From Candidatus Binatia bacterium (lineage in GTDB: Bacteria; Desulfobacterota; Binatia; HRBIN30), in NCBI GenBank assembly GCA_038245295.1, contig JBBRSP010000001.1:128001-192000 (forward strand): a stretch of 64,000 nt of DNA, written 5' to 3'. The translations under genes were made by a program, and so were the position numbers. Each line of letters opens with the position of its first letter. Within the stretch, counting starts at the first letter, position 1. This document shows, one piece after another, positions 9,946 through 20,170 of the stretch. Below the pieces are notes generated by a model. The model was not told the DNA's origin and searched no databases. It was given only the letters and a program-made list of their open reading frames with translations.

Positions 9946-11730
9946 ATGAGTGATCTCGTAATTGGCATGGCAGGAGCGGGAGGCGACGGCATTATTGCCG
10001 CCGGCGAATCTCTCACAGTTGGTGCAACCCTGGACGGCTATCACGTCATCATGACCAAGAGCTTCGGCTCGCAGATACGCGGTGGCGAGTCATCGTGCCG
10101 CGTCCGCGTGTCGGCGACGCCAATCTTCAATCAGGGTGGAGTGCTCGATGTCGCGGTCGCCCTGAACTGGAGCGACTTTCTCAAGTTCGGGGCCGAGCTC
10201 CCGGTCGGGCCGCGGACGATTGTTCTCTACGACAGCGAAAGCCACCTCGATCCGGCGGTCCTGCCGGTCGAGGGTTACTCGGAAGACCGTGCCTTCTCGG
10301 TGCCGATTACCGAGATGGCGCGCAAGAGCGGCGGCGGCGATCGTGTGAAGAACATGGTTGTCGTTGGCTTGCTCACAGGTTGGTTGCAGCTGGCCGAGGG
10401 GCCGACTCGTAAAGGTATCCGCAAGCGTTTTGGTGCGAAGGACCCCGCCGTCTTAGCGGCCGCCGAGAAGGCGTTCGACGATGGACGAGCCTACGCCGCG
10501 GCCAACCCGATTGCGGCGTTGCCGGGGCTCGGGGCGTCTGGTGGCGCAGCCGGCACGAATATGTTGACCGACGGCAACGAAATGTGTGCCTCGGCCGCTC
10601 TCTTCAGCGGCTGCACCTTCTTCGGTGGCTATCCGATTACGCCTTCCACCGAGATCATGCAGTTCCTCAGCCGCGAGATCTGGAAGTACGGCGGCTCGCT
10701 GCTGCAGGCGGAAGACGAAATCGCCGGCATCGGCGCGGCGGTTGGCGCGTCGTTCGCCGGGAAGAAATCGATGACCGCCACGTCGGGGCCGGGCCTCTCG
10801 TTGAAGACCGAAGTCCTCGGTCTTGCCTCGATCGCCGAGCTGCCGCTGGTCGTGGTGAATGTGCAGCGCGGCGGTCCGTCCACCGGCATGCCGACAAAAA
10901 CGGAGCAAGCCGATCTCTACCAATCCGTGTTCTCGTCGCATGGCGACGTCTTGCGGCCAGTGCTGGCTCCGACCAGTGTGGCCGACATCTTTGGGGTGAC
11001 GGTGCATGCCTTCAACATCGCCGAGGAGTATCAGACCCCGGTCATCCTGCTGTCCGATCAGGAAATCGCTCAGCGTAAAGAGTCGGTCGAACCTTTCGAC
11101 TTGTCGCAGTTCCCCATCGTCTCCCGGCGCGAGCCAACCGCGGAGGAGCTGGAACACTACCAGCGATTTCGCCTAACCGAATCATCGATCAGCCCGATCA
11201 GTCACCCCGGCATGGCCGGCGGCAGCTATCAGGGTGCCGGCATCGAGCACAATGAAGCGGGCTCGCCGACCGCCAGTGGTGTCATGCACGCCCGCATGAA
11301 CGAGAAACGCTTTCACAAGTTTGCGCCACTGTACGAGCGCCGTGACCTCTTCCTGATCGAGGGTGACCCGCAGGCGCCGCTGGCGTTGGTGAGTTGGGGC
11401 AGTACGGCCGGCGTCTGTCGTGAAGCGCTGCGTCTCGCTGAGGACGAAGGCTTGCCCGTGAAGCTTCTCGTGCCGTACCTGCTCTATCCGGTCGCGGAAA
11501 AAGTCTACCAGGAGTTCTTCCGCGGTGTCAGCGCCGGCCTGCTCGTCGAGCAGTCCTATCAAGGCCAGCTGTACCGTATTCTTCGCATGGTGCTGGATCT
11601 GCCGTCGGGTTTCGAGTCGTGTGCGCACAGCGGCGCGATTCCCTTCCAGCCGAGCGAGGTGGTCGACCACCTGCGAGGGCAGGCCGAAAAATTAGGGCTT
11701 CTGGAGCCTGCGGCAGCCGCCGCGTCGTAG
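9946..11730 (+). CDS. korA: 2-oxoacid:ferredoxin oxidoreductase alpha subunit (gamma-alpha fusion)
   Basis: GAGGDG, SQIRGGES, GYPITPSTE, QAEDEIA, TATSGPG, QRGGPSTGMPT. Confidence 0.9.
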   Translation: MSDLVIGMAGAGGDGIIAAGESLTVGATLDGYHVIMTKSFGSQIRGGESSCRVRVSATPIFNQGGVLDVAVALNWSDFLKFGAELPVGPRTIVLYDSESHLDPAVLPVEGYSEDRAFSVPITEMARKSGGGDRVKNMVVVGLLTGWLQLAEGPTRKGIRKRFGAKDPAVLAAAEKAFDDGRAYAAANPIAALPGLGASGGAAGTNMLTDGNEMCASAALFSGCTFFGGYPITPSTEIMQFLSREIWKYGGSLLQAEDEIAGIGAAVGASFAGKKSMTATSGPGLSLKTEVLGLASIAELPLVVVNVQRGGPSTGMPTKTEQADLYQSVFSSHGDVLRPVLAPTSVADIFGVTVHAFNIAEEYQTPVILLSDQEIAQRKESVEPFDLSQFPIVSRREPTAEELEHYQRFRLTESSISPISHPGMAGGSYQGAGIEHNEAGSPTASGVMHARMNEKRFHKFAPLYERRDLFLIEGDPQAPLALVSWGSTAGVCREALRLAEDEGLPVKLLVPYLLYPVAEKVYQEFFRGVSAGLLVEQSYQGQLYRILRMVLDLPSGFESCAHSGAIPFQPSEVVDHLRGQAEKLGLLEPAAAAAS

Positions 11731-11740
11731 TGAGGCAATC

Positions 11741-12628
11741 ATGACTACCAACGCATCCCAATGTTCGAGTTTTCAAATCAACGACTATCGCAGCGATCTG
11801 AAGCCGATCTGGTGTCCTGGTTGCGGCGACTACGGGGTTGTCACCTCGTTGTATCGCGCCCTGGCACACATCGGCCGCCCGCCGCATGAGATCGCTTTCG
11901 TCTCCGGCATCGGCTGCTCGAGCCGCATCCCCGGCTACACCACGGCTTACGGCTTCAACAGTGTCCACGGCCGCGCTCTGCCAATTGCCCAAGGCATCAA
12001 GCTCGCCAATCCCGAGCTGCTGGTGCTCGTCGCCGGCGGCGACGGTGACGGCTTCTCGATCGGCGGCGGTCATCTGCCGCACGCCGTACGACGCAACATG
12101 GATCTCACGTACGTCGTCATGGACAATCAGATCTACGGGCTGACCAAGGGGCAACTATCGCCGACCTCGCATCGTGGCGTGCACACGGTGACGTCGCCGG
12201 AAGGGAGCCTCGAGGAGCCCGTCAATCCTTTACTCTACGTCCTGGCCTATGGCGCGAACTTCGTGGCGCAAGGGACCCCCGCTGACATGCCGGGCTTGTC
12301 GGCGATGATCGAAGAAGCAATCCGTTATCCCGGATTTGCGTTCGTCAATGTGCAGTCTCCGTGCGTGACCTTCGGCCCACCCGAGCAGCAGCTGCGCGCC
12401 CACAAGGAAGGCATGAAGAGCCTGGTCTCACTGGGACATGACCCAACCAATCGTGTGCAAGCGATGAGTATGGCGCAAGCGTACGGACACGAGCTGTACA
12501 CCGGAGTCTTCTATCGCCACCCGGATCCGCCCCCATCGTACGAGAAGCTCGTTGCCGAGCGCCAGGATCACATGAAGGCAACCGCTGTACCTCGCGAACG
12601 CCTGCTCGATCGTTTCGTGCAGCACTGA
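11741..12628 (+). CDS. korB: 2-oxoacid:ferredoxin oxidoreductase beta subunit
   Basis: WCPGCGD, SGIGCS, HGRALP, GGDGDG (TPP), YGLTKGQ, SPCVTF. Confidence 0.92.
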   Translation: MTTNASQCSSFQINDYRSDLKPIWCPGCGDYGVVTSLYRALAHIGRPPHEIAFVSGIGCSSRIPGYTTAYGFNSVHGRALPIAQGIKLANPELLVLVAGGDGDGFSIGGGHLPHAVRRNMDLTYVVMDNQIYGLTKGQLSPTSHRGVHTVTSPEGSLEEPVNPLLYVLAYGANFVAQGTPADMPGLSAMIEEAIRYPGFAFVNVQSPCVTFGPPEQQLRAHKEGMKSLVSLGHDPTNRVQAMSMAQAYGHELYTGVFYRHPDPPPSYEKLVAERQDHMKATAVPRERLLDRFVQH

Positions 12629-12863
12629 TCTGCGTCATCTCGGTTGGTCGTGGGCGTTGGACTTCGGCGCCTAGTGACGCAGCAGTGCTGACGTCGGAGG
12701 CAGTTCGCTCAACTAGAATCCCTCACCGCTGCCTGCTTGTGCGTCGTGGACCGGCGACGGCACGCCCTTTGGATCTACCGGCCAGTCGGACGGCCGCGGC
12801 AGGGTGACGTGACCTGAACGTCGCCCGATCGGTCCGCTGGTTCGATGAAAGAGGGGAGCACGT

Positions 12864-14723
12864 GTGAGCGCGGCGAACGACGGTGGTCTGGTGTCACCAA
12901 TCCAAAGCTACCTGGACCGATTGCACGCCAAGTATGCCGATTTGAATGACGGCGCGGTGGCTACCTACATCCCGGAGTTGGCCAAAGCCGACCCCAGTTG
13001 GTTCGGCATCTGCATCGCGACCGCGGATGGCCATCTCTACGAGGCCGGTGATACCCGGCAACCGTTCACCATCCAGTCGATCTCCAAACCGTTCGTCTAC
13101 GGGCTAGGAATTGAGGATCGCGGGCGGGATGCGGTGCTGCGGAAGATCGGCGTCGAGCCGACGGGTGATGCGTTCAATTCGATCAGCCTTGCCCCGGGCA
13201 CGGGCTGCCCGCTCAATCCGATGATCAACGCGGGCGCGATTGCGGCGACCTCCCTGGTCGCCGGTGATTCGGCGCCCGATAAACTGTATCGCTTGCTGGC
13301 GGTGCTCGGTTTGTACGCCGGACGCCAGTTGTCGGTCGATCATCCCGTCTATGTTTCGGAGAAGGCAACTGGGCATCGCAATCGAGCCATCGGTCATATG
13401 TTACGCAATTTCGAGATCCTGACGGAAGATCCGGAGCCGGCGCTCGATCTGTATTTTCAGCAGTGTTCGATCTCGGTCGACTGTCGCGACCTGAGTCTGA
13501 TGGGCGCTACTCTTGCCAATGGCGGTGTTAATCCACGAACCGGCGAACGCGCCGTGCGCGACGATATCGTCGACAAGATGCTGAGCGTCATGACCACGTG
13601 TGGCATGTACGACTATGCCGGCGAGTGGGTCTACTGGGTGGGCATGCCGGCGAAGAGTGGCGTGGCGGGTGGGATCGTAGCCGTACTGCCTGGGCAGTTC
13701 GGCATCGGCGTATTCTCGCCGCGCCTCGACGCTCGCGGCAACAGCGTGCGCGGTGTGCAGGTGTGCAAGGATCTGTCGCACGACTTCAACCTGCACAGCC
13801 TGCGTGTACCGCCGACCCTTCATTCGGCGATCCGTGGGCAGTTCGACCTGACGGAGATCAGCTCGAAACATCAACGCAGCGATACCGAGCGCCGACGGCT
13901 CGACAAAGTCGGCAAACGGGCCCTCGTGTTTGCCCTCCAGGGGGAGCTTGGGTTCGCCTCTCTGGAGGGGGTGGTGCGGCGTTTGGTTGCGGCAAGCGAG
14001 AACATCGACTGCGCCATTCTGGACTGGCGGCGTGTTGTGTTGATCGACCCGTCGTGTACGACCTTATTGGTCGAGATCGCGCACAACATGGGCGCCGCGG
14101 GGAAGAGGCTGGCGTTCTCCAGCACCGGCGGACATACGAAGATCATCCGGCTGTTGCAGGAGCAGATCCTTACGTCACACTTCGCCAAGTTGTGGCGCGT
14201 CTTTCCCGATATCGATCACGCCATCGAATGGTGCGAGGACGTGTTGCTCGACAAGGCCGCCATGGTGCTAACCGTTGAGAAGGACGTTGCCCTCGCGGAA
14301 CATCAGATTTGCACCGGCATGTCACCCGATCGCGTTGCGCAGTTGGCACCGCTCCTGCAGCCGGAAGAATTTGTGCGCGGCGAATTGATCGTGCGCCGCG
14401 GCGAAGTCGCTGACAAGCTCTACTTGTTGATGCGCGGCGCCGTCAGCGTGGCAATCGCCCTGCCCAATGGAGAGCAGCGACGCTTGTCGACGATCGAAGC
14501 GGGGATGAGCTTCGGTGAGCTTGCCTTCGTTGACGGCTCGGTGCGCACCGCCGACGTCCGCGCCCAGAGAGCAACTCGTTGTTGCGTGTTGACGCGTGAC
14601 GCGTTTCTGCACCTGGGGACCTCTCATCCGGACATCAAAGTTGCCCTGTTGGAAAATCTCTTCCGCAATGCGGCGCGTATGGTGGGACGGCTCAACCAGG
14701 AAGTGACGACGCTGCACGAGTGA
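12864..14723 (+). CDS. glsA: Glutaminase A fused to STAS-like and cyclic-nucleotide-binding domains
   Basis: YIPELA, QSISKPF, NPMINAGAI, GMYD, PAKSGVAGG, GNSVRG; C-terminal FGELAF...RTADV cNMP motif. Confidence 0.9.
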   Translation: MSAANDGGLVSPIQSYLDRLHAKYADLNDGAVATYIPELAKADPSWFGICIATADGHLYEAGDTRQPFTIQSISKPFVYGLGIEDRGRDAVLRKIGVEPTGDAFNSISLAPGTGCPLNPMINAGAIAATSLVAGDSAPDKLYRLLAVLGLYAGRQLSVDHPVYVSEKATGHRNRAIGHMLRNFEILTEDPEPALDLYFQQCSISVDCRDLSLMGATLANGGVNPRTGERAVRDDIVDKMLSVMTTCGMYDYAGEWVYWVGMPAKSGVAGGIVAVLPGQFGIGVFSPRLDARGNSVRGVQVCKDLSHDFNLHSLRVPPTLHSAIRGQFDLTEISSKHQRSDTERRRLDKVGKRALVFALQGELGFASLEGVVRRLVAASENIDCAILDWRRVVLIDPSCTTLLVEIAHNMGAAGKRLAFSSTGGHTKIIRLLQEQILTSHFAKLWRVFPDIDHAIEWCEDVLLDKAAMVLTVEKDVALAEHQICTGMSPDRVAQLAPLLQPEEFVRGELIVRRGEVADKLYLLMRGAVSVAIALPNGEQRRLSTIEAGMSFGELAFVDGSVRTADVRAQRATRCCVLTRDAFLHLGTSHPDIKVALLENLFRNAARMVGRLNQEVTTLHE

Positions 14724-14757
14724 TGCAACCGACGCGGCTCGCTTCGCGCCGCCTCTG

Positions 14758-15297
14758 TCAGCCGGCGACAAGGGCGTCGACGGCACTCCGCACGAAGGCC
14801 GCGGTGGCTGGGTCGGAGATGTTGCCCTCGGCGTCAAGGTAGTGACGCGTCAGGGCCAGGGATCGATTGAAGACAAGCTTGCCGCCCATCACCTCCAAGG
14901 TCGGCGTGAGTGCCGCGCGCGCATAGCCGGCGCCGCTCGCCGAGGCGGCGATGAGCGCGACGGGTTTGTCGGTGAGCTCGCCGCTGGAGACAATCCAATC
15001 GAGCCCATTCTTGAAGGCGCCCGGCACACCATGGGCGTACTCGGGACAACAGATTAGGACGGCATCCGCTGCGGCGAGCAAGCGCCGAAACTCGGCCACG
15101 GCGGATGGTGCGACGGTGCCGTCTTCATCAAGGTCGGGACTGAAGAGGGGGAGGGTACCGATCTGCTGATCGTAAAATGTAAACTGAACCCCAGCCGGCG
15201 CGAGCTTGGCGGCGGCGCGTAACAGTCGAGCGTTGGAGGATTCGGAGCGGATACTCCCTGACATCGCCAAGATTTGCATGTTCGTGTTCACCGCCAA
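14758..15297 (-). CDS. NAD(P)H-dependent FMN reductase
   Basis: SGSIRSESSN, PEYAHGVPGAFKNGLDW. Confidence 0.88.
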   Translation of the reverse strand: MAVNTNMQILAMSGSIRSESSNARLLRAAAKLAPAGVQFTFYDQQIGTLPLFSPDLDEDGTVAPSAVAEFRRLLAAADAVLICCPEYAHGVPGAFKNGLDWIVSSGELTDKPVALIAASASGAGYARAALTPTLEVMGGKLVFNRSLALTRHYLDAEGNISDPATAAFVRSAVDALVAG

Positions 15298-15347
15298 CTA
15301 AAACAATTGAATCATGCACGTGTTGATCGCGCCACTCCGTGGTGCCG

Positions 15348-15887
15348 TCAGCGATTCCACGTTCGACGCGAAGTTGCCGGCCGGGGCGGCGAACGTCGCA
15401 GCGATGCAGCTTGGATGAGGACGCCGATTACCGCAATGCCGCCGAGTACCAGGGGTGCGACATTGACAGGCGCATGAATCGCTGTGGCGATCAGCGTCGC
15501 CCCAATTCCTGCCGACAACAAGATCAACGCCCAGTCGAAGACCAGCAGAACGAACCCAGCACCGACGACGCCGCCGACAAGAAAGGCGATGGGGGCGAAT
15601 CCTTGGGTGCCGGGCATCAGGCTGGCAGCAATCAACACGGCGACGCGCCCGCCGATCAGGAAGCCGGCAGTGGCCACCGCCGCCCACTCGAGGAAATAGG
15701 CGAATAACGCCCCCAATAATCCCGCCGCCAAGCCGATCAGCCAGAGCACTTCAGGCGGCTGCGCCGGGAACAGAAGCGGCGCGAAGTCCATCCCATAAAC
15801 GAAGCCGACAGCGGCGACGAAGATCCAAAAGAGGCGCCGCCCCATCGTCAGGATCAGCAGCCCGATCAACACTTGCACCCAGATCAT
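15348..15887 (-). CDS. DUF4203-like membrane protein
   Basis: Six hydrophobic Gly-rich helices; GRRLFW motif. Confidence 0.7.
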   Translation of the reverse strand: MIWVQVLIGLLILTMGRRLFWIFVAAVGFVYGMDFAPLLFPAQPPEVLWLIGLAAGLLGALFAYFLEWAAVATAGFLIGGRVAVLIAASLMPGTQGFAPIAFLVGGVVGAGFVLLVFDWALILLSAGIGATLIATAIHAPVNVAPLVLGGIAVIGVLIQAASLRRSPPRPATSRRTWNR

Positions 15888-16000
15888 CTCTGCTGTCCGT
15901 TCCTTTGGCAGACCAAGGCGTTTGGATTCCTGTGGCGGTCCCGCGCCTACCGCCTCCGGCGCTTCAGGGTGGTAGCCGCAGGCCTTTCAGCCTTCCGCCC

Positions 16001-17344
16001 TCACGCGACGCTCAGGTTGCGCCGCGGCACTTCGTCGGTGAGCACGCTGGACGATTCTTCTTCACCTTCCTCTTGGATGCGCTCGACGCCGGCGTGAATC
16101 TTCTTGCGGGTCATGGTGATCCCGTAACTCTCGAGGATCTGCTTGAGCAGGTCGTAGTTGTGCTCGATCGACTTGGTGACCGAGATGTAGCCGTGGTTGG
16201 CGGCGGCGATACGTTGCCAATAGGCGAGGGCGCTGAGTTGGAAGAACTGGAAGTCGGATTCGTGTGGTTCGATGACGACGATGTCGCCGTGAAAGTTCGG
16301 ATCATCTTGGTACTGGCGTAGGCCGTACTGCAGTCGTGAGTGCAACAACGTCCGGAACACCTGGTTGATCACCGTGAGAATGCCGTGGTCGGCGAGTGGC
16401 TTGCCCTCGAAACGCACCTTGCCGTTCTTTTCGACGCGGCGAATGCGATTAGAAAACGGCCGGAACGGATTGTAACAAATGATCAGGTCGGCGCCGTGTT
16501 CGACGGCGACGTCGAGGTTCGCCGTGCGCCGCACGCCGCCGTCGACATAATCGATGCCGCGCAGGCGCGCCGGCTTGTAGAAGCCCGGTAGCGCCGTGGA
16601 GGCTTGGACCGCCTCGGAAATCGTCAGCGAGTTGTCTTCGTCGTGACCGAATACAGCGCGCTCGGCCGTGTCGAGATTCATGGCGCTGATGTAAAGCTCG
16701 CGTTTTGTGCGCCGGTACATGCGCAGGAAGTCATTGGGCACTCCGGCGGCTTCGAAGTTCTTGCGCAAATAGGTCTCGATACTGGAGTTGTCGAAGAGGC
16801 CGGCCGGTAGAAAGTCGAGCGGTGATGGAAGAGTGCGGACCTTGCCGATCGCCTCGCCAATCGGCTCGAGGATGGCGCGCAGGTGATTTACCGTTGGTCG
16901 CTGCCAGGCTTGTTCCACCGGCCCTTGCAGCGTCGACGCCAGCTGCGGGACCTCGCGCAGTATGTCGCCGATGACGCCGGGCAGGAAGTTGATCGTCTCC
17001 ATCGCATAGCGAGCCGGCCCGCTGAGGTAGTCGCGCAGATTCAGCGAATAGAAATCGGAACTTTGGAGTTGAGAGAACTGCGTTGATTCTCCGGCCAGGC
17101 TCTTCACCATCTCCGCCGGGGTGACACCGGCCGCCAACGGCGCGGCAAGGACGGCGCCGGCGCTGAGGCCAACGTAGGTGTCGAATTCCGTCGTCTTGCG
17201 ATTTACCAGCAGGTCGTCGAGGGCCTTGAGGCCACCCAATTTGAAACCGCCACCGGTGACGGCGCCGCCGGCAAGCACAAGTGCAATCTTCGCGTCGCGC
17301 TTGCGGACGCTCAAATCGCTCTTCTGAACGATGGTGATGCCCAT
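16001..17344 (-). CDS. Patatin-like phospholipase
   Basis: LAGGAVTGG oxyanion loop, GLSAG nucleophile, DGG motif. Confidence 0.9.
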   Translation of the reverse strand: MGITIVQKSDLSVRKRDAKIALVLAGGAVTGGGFKLGGLKALDDLLVNRKTTEFDTYVGLSAGAVLAAPLAAGVTPAEMVKSLAGESTQFSQLQSSDFYSLNLRDYLSGPARYAMETINFLPGVIGDILREVPQLASTLQGPVEQAWQRPTVNHLRAILEPIGEAIGKVRTLPSPLDFLPAGLFDNSSIETYLRKNFEAAGVPNDFLRMYRRTKRELYISAMNLDTAERAVFGHDEDNSLTISEAVQASTALPGFYKPARLRGIDYVDGGVRRTANLDVAVEHGADLIICYNPFRPFSNRIRRVEKNGKVRFEGKPLADHGILTVINQVFRTLLHSRLQYGLRQYQDDPNFHGDIVVIEPHESDFQFFQLSALAYWQRIAAANHGYISVTKSIEHNYDLLKQILESYGITMTRKKIHAGVERIQEEGEEESSSVLTDEVPRRNLSVA

Positions 17345-17475
17345 GTCGCTCCTAACTCGATCAATGTAGCAACGATGACTACGCCATTACAGTTGAATGA
17401 CGCAGCTTGTCAACGTGAATCGGCAGCGACACTGCCTCAAATGGTCGACGGTTCGGAGAGTTGAGAGGGCAGGCG

Positions 17476-18087
17476 TCACTTCCCCGGATTCGGCACGACG
17501 TCGCCGCGATCCTTCTCAAAGCGCGGCGATACCTTGGAGTAGAACTCGCGAAACACGGCGAAGTCGGCGTTGATGTCGCCTGTCGTCACAAAGGCCGGTC
17601 CGAGTCCGGCGATCTTGCGCCCGTAATCCAGGTACCCGAGGACGGTCGGCACACCGGCGCCGTGGGCGATGTGATAGAAGCCTGTCTTCCAATACGGCGA
17701 GTGTTTGCGTGTGCCTTCGGGGGGGACGGCGAGAATGAATTCCTGGCGCTCGTTGAACTGCTCGATTGCCGCACCCACCATGTTGGTGCGCTTGCTACGG
17801 TCGATCGGTACCCCGCCGAAGGCGCGGATCAGAATACCGAGAGGGAAGAAAAATGCTTCTTTCTTGACGTACCAGGCGATCTTCATTCGGAAGATCTGCG
17901 CCGCAACGACCATGAGGATTCCGTCCCAATTCGAGGTGTGCGGAGCGGCGATCACAACAAACTTGCGTTGCGCGGGGAGGCCGCCTTCGGTCTTCCAGCC
18001 AGCGAGGCGAAACAGGAGCTTCGCCGTCGCCGTCAGGAAGGGGCTGACGTAAAAAGGACTACTCTTCGACTCAGACATGGGCGCCAC
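17476..18087 (-). CDS. Lysophospholipid acyltransferase (PlsC family)
   Basis: PHTSNWD (HxxxxD), PIDR, PEGTR, WKTGFY. Confidence 0.9.
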   Translation of the reverse strand: MAPMSESKSSPFYVSPFLTATAKLLFRLAGWKTEGGLPAQRKFVVIAAPHTSNWDGILMVVAAQIFRMKIAWYVKKEAFFFPLGILIRAFGGVPIDRSKRTNMVGAAIEQFNERQEFILAVPPEGTRKHSPYWKTGFYHIAHGAGVPTVLGYLDYGRKIAGLGPAFVTTGDINADFAVFREFYSKVSPRFEKDRGDVVPNPGK

Positions 18088-18132
18088 TTAGCCGATGTGC
18101 CGACCACGGGATAGATCCCCGGAACGCTTCGC

Positions 18133-18164
18133 GGCTTAGGCTCAGGCTTGGGCTTAGGCTTGGG
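18133..18164. repeat. Short GGCTYR hexamer tandem repeat
   Basis: GGCTTA GGCTCA GGCTTG GGCTTA GGCTTG spanning the murU stop. Confidence 0.55.
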
Positions 18165-18900
18165 TGCCGGACTGTGAACTGTTGAGCTTCAAGTTGGCGA
18201 TTTCCTGGCGGCCGGCTTCGAGGTCTTCGTGGGTGTCGAGGACGCGCCAGTAACCCTCGTGCAGAAAGCCGGCGATTGGTTCGTTGCGATCGAGAAGGTC
18301 GGGGAACGTGTCGCGTGTGATGCTGAAGACACCGTCCGGCAGAAGGGTGAAGATCCTCGGATCGAAGACCATGACGCCGGGGTACAGGCAACGCTGAAGG
18401 GGCCTCTCGGTCGTGCTCGTGGCGCCGTGGCCACGGATGCGTCGCACATACCCCGACGCATCCAGACCGATGTCGTCCTGGCGCAGCGCCCGCGGGTCGG
18501 GTCGCAGCACCATTGTCACCAAAGGACGTCGGGAGCGATGATAGTCGATCACGTCGCCCAGACGGATGTCGATGAACGTGTCGGCGTTGAGCAGGACGAA
18601 GTCATCGTCTTCGAGAAAGGGACGTGCTGCGGCAATGCCGCCACCGGAATCGAGGATTGGATCTTCGGGTGAATACGAAATCGCTACGCCGTACCGGCGG
18701 CCATCACCGAGAGCATTGCGAATCTGCTCACCTTTGTGGTGCAAGTTGATGACGACGTCGCGAATTCCGGCTTCGCGCAGTAAGCGCAGCGGAAAGGCGA
18801 TCATCGGCTCGCCGGCGACGTCGATAAGCGGCTTTGGTGTGTGATCGGTCAATGGCCGCAGCCGCGTGCCGAATCCTGCGGCAAGGATCATCGCCCGCAT
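18154..18900 (-). CDS. murU: Nucleotidyltransferase, MurU-like
   Basis: MRAMILAAGFGTRLRPLT..PKPL; directly downstream of an AmgK-like kinase. Confidence 0.75.
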   Translation of the reverse strand: MRAMILAAGFGTRLRPLTDHTPKPLIDVAGEPMIAFPLRLLREAGIRDVVINLHHKGEQIRNALGDGRRYGVAISYSPEDPILDSGGGIAAARPFLEDDDFVLLNADTFIDIRLGDVIDYHRSRRPLVTMVLRPDPRALRQDDIGLDASGYVRRIRGHGATSTTERPLQRCLYPGVMVFDPRIFTLLPDGVFSITRDTFPDLLDRNEPIAGFLHEGYWRVLDTHEDLEAGRQEIANLKLNSSQSGTQA

Positions 18901-18903
18901 GTT

Positions 18904-19971
18904 CTACTCCGGCAGGTAGCGCACCAGCACCTCGGCCATGTCGCGATGCTCGGCGAAGCGCGGTAGGATGCGCTTGATCTGCCGCACCGTTGACGGGACG
19001 TAGCGCATGTAGCCCGGCTTTCCCTTGACCATATCGAGAAAGTAAAAGCGCCCAACGACCTTCAATGCCTTTTGTAGGGCACACAGGAAGTACACTTCCT
19101 CGAAGTTGGCGCGATCCAGCGGCGTGCCGCTGCGGCGTTGCCAGGCGGCGCGATAGTCGTCGAGCAACTGCGCTTCGACCTCCGGACGAATCACCTGCGG
19201 CGTGTCGCGATCACCGAGTAGCGTCGCGAGGTCGTAGGGGCCGGCGGCGAGCAGCGCGTCCTGGAAGTCGATGACCCGGATGCGTCCCTTGTGCACATAG
19301 AGATTCCAGCTGTGATAGTCGCGATGGTTGATGACACGTGGCTCGGCGTCGAGACGTTTGGCAATCGCCGTGAAATGGCTGCGCAGCAGGGCTGCCTCGC
19401 GCTCCGGCAATGCCATCTTCAGACGCTTTTCGACGCCGTATTCGATGAAGTGCTCGAACTCCCACAGGTACAGACGTTCGTCGAACGACTGCTGAAAGGC
19501 CAGACACGACGAGTCGTCGACCCGCGTGCCGTCGATCTGGAGGCGCAGCAGCTCCTCGATTGCTTCGCGATAGCGCGTCAAGACATATTCCGGCGATTTC
19601 CCTTGCACATCATCCCACAGGGGGGTGTCGCCAATGTCTTCGAGCAGCAAGATGCCGCGTTCGGAGGCATCGAGATAGATCTCCGGGATCGGCGAACCGA
19701 TACGTTCCAGCAGGCGCTGCACGTTGACGTAGGGCAGCTCCTTCGGCGTTTCCTTGAATACGGCAAGCTCGTCCGACGACATGGCAATGCCACGGTCGGC
19801 GAGAATCATCGCGACGGTGGTCGGCGGCGCCGAGTTGCCCGACAACCACAGGCGCGCATAGCGGCGCGTTGACGCATCTCCCGCCAGCGGTTCTGCGCGA
19901 ACCAGGCTCGTGGCCGGCCCAAAATGCTCACCAACGAGTTCGGTGAATAGCTGCTCGAGTTGTTGCTCCAC
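18904..19971 (-). CDS. amgK: Anomeric MurNAc/GlcNAc kinase AmgK-like phosphotransferase
   Basis: LAGDASTRRY, LLEDIGD, HRDYHSWNL, IDFQDA, YDLATLL. Confidence 0.8.
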   Translation of the reverse strand: MEQQLEQLFTELVGEHFGPATSLVRAEPLAGDASTRRYARLWLSGNSAPPTTVAMILADRGIAMSSDELAVFKETPKELPYVNVQRLLERIGSPIPEIYLDASERGILLLEDIGDTPLWDDVQGKSPEYVLTRYREAIEELLRLQIDGTRVDDSSCLAFQQSFDERLYLWEFEHFIEYGVEKRLKMALPEREAALLRSHFTAIAKRLDAEPRVINHRDYHSWNLYVHKGRIRVIDFQDALLAAGPYDLATLLGDRDTPQVIRPEVEAQLLDDYRAAWQRRSGTPLDRANFEEVYFLCALQKALKVVGRFYFLDMVKGKPGYMRYVPSTVRQIKRILPRFAEHRDMAEVLVRYLPE

Positions 19972-20170
19972 GTGGTGCGACTACCAACCGCATCTGATGA
20001 TGTCAAAATTCAGTAGTGTCGCAGTTTGACCTGTTGGCGGCTGGCGGTGGTGGATCCCATCGCCGAGCGCGCCACTCCGATTAGAGAACCTCGGCGGGCG
20101 TCGATCCCAAATCGAGACACTACCCAAAATTCGAAACGGCATCGGCGTCATCCAACGCCGGCTCGCCCCT

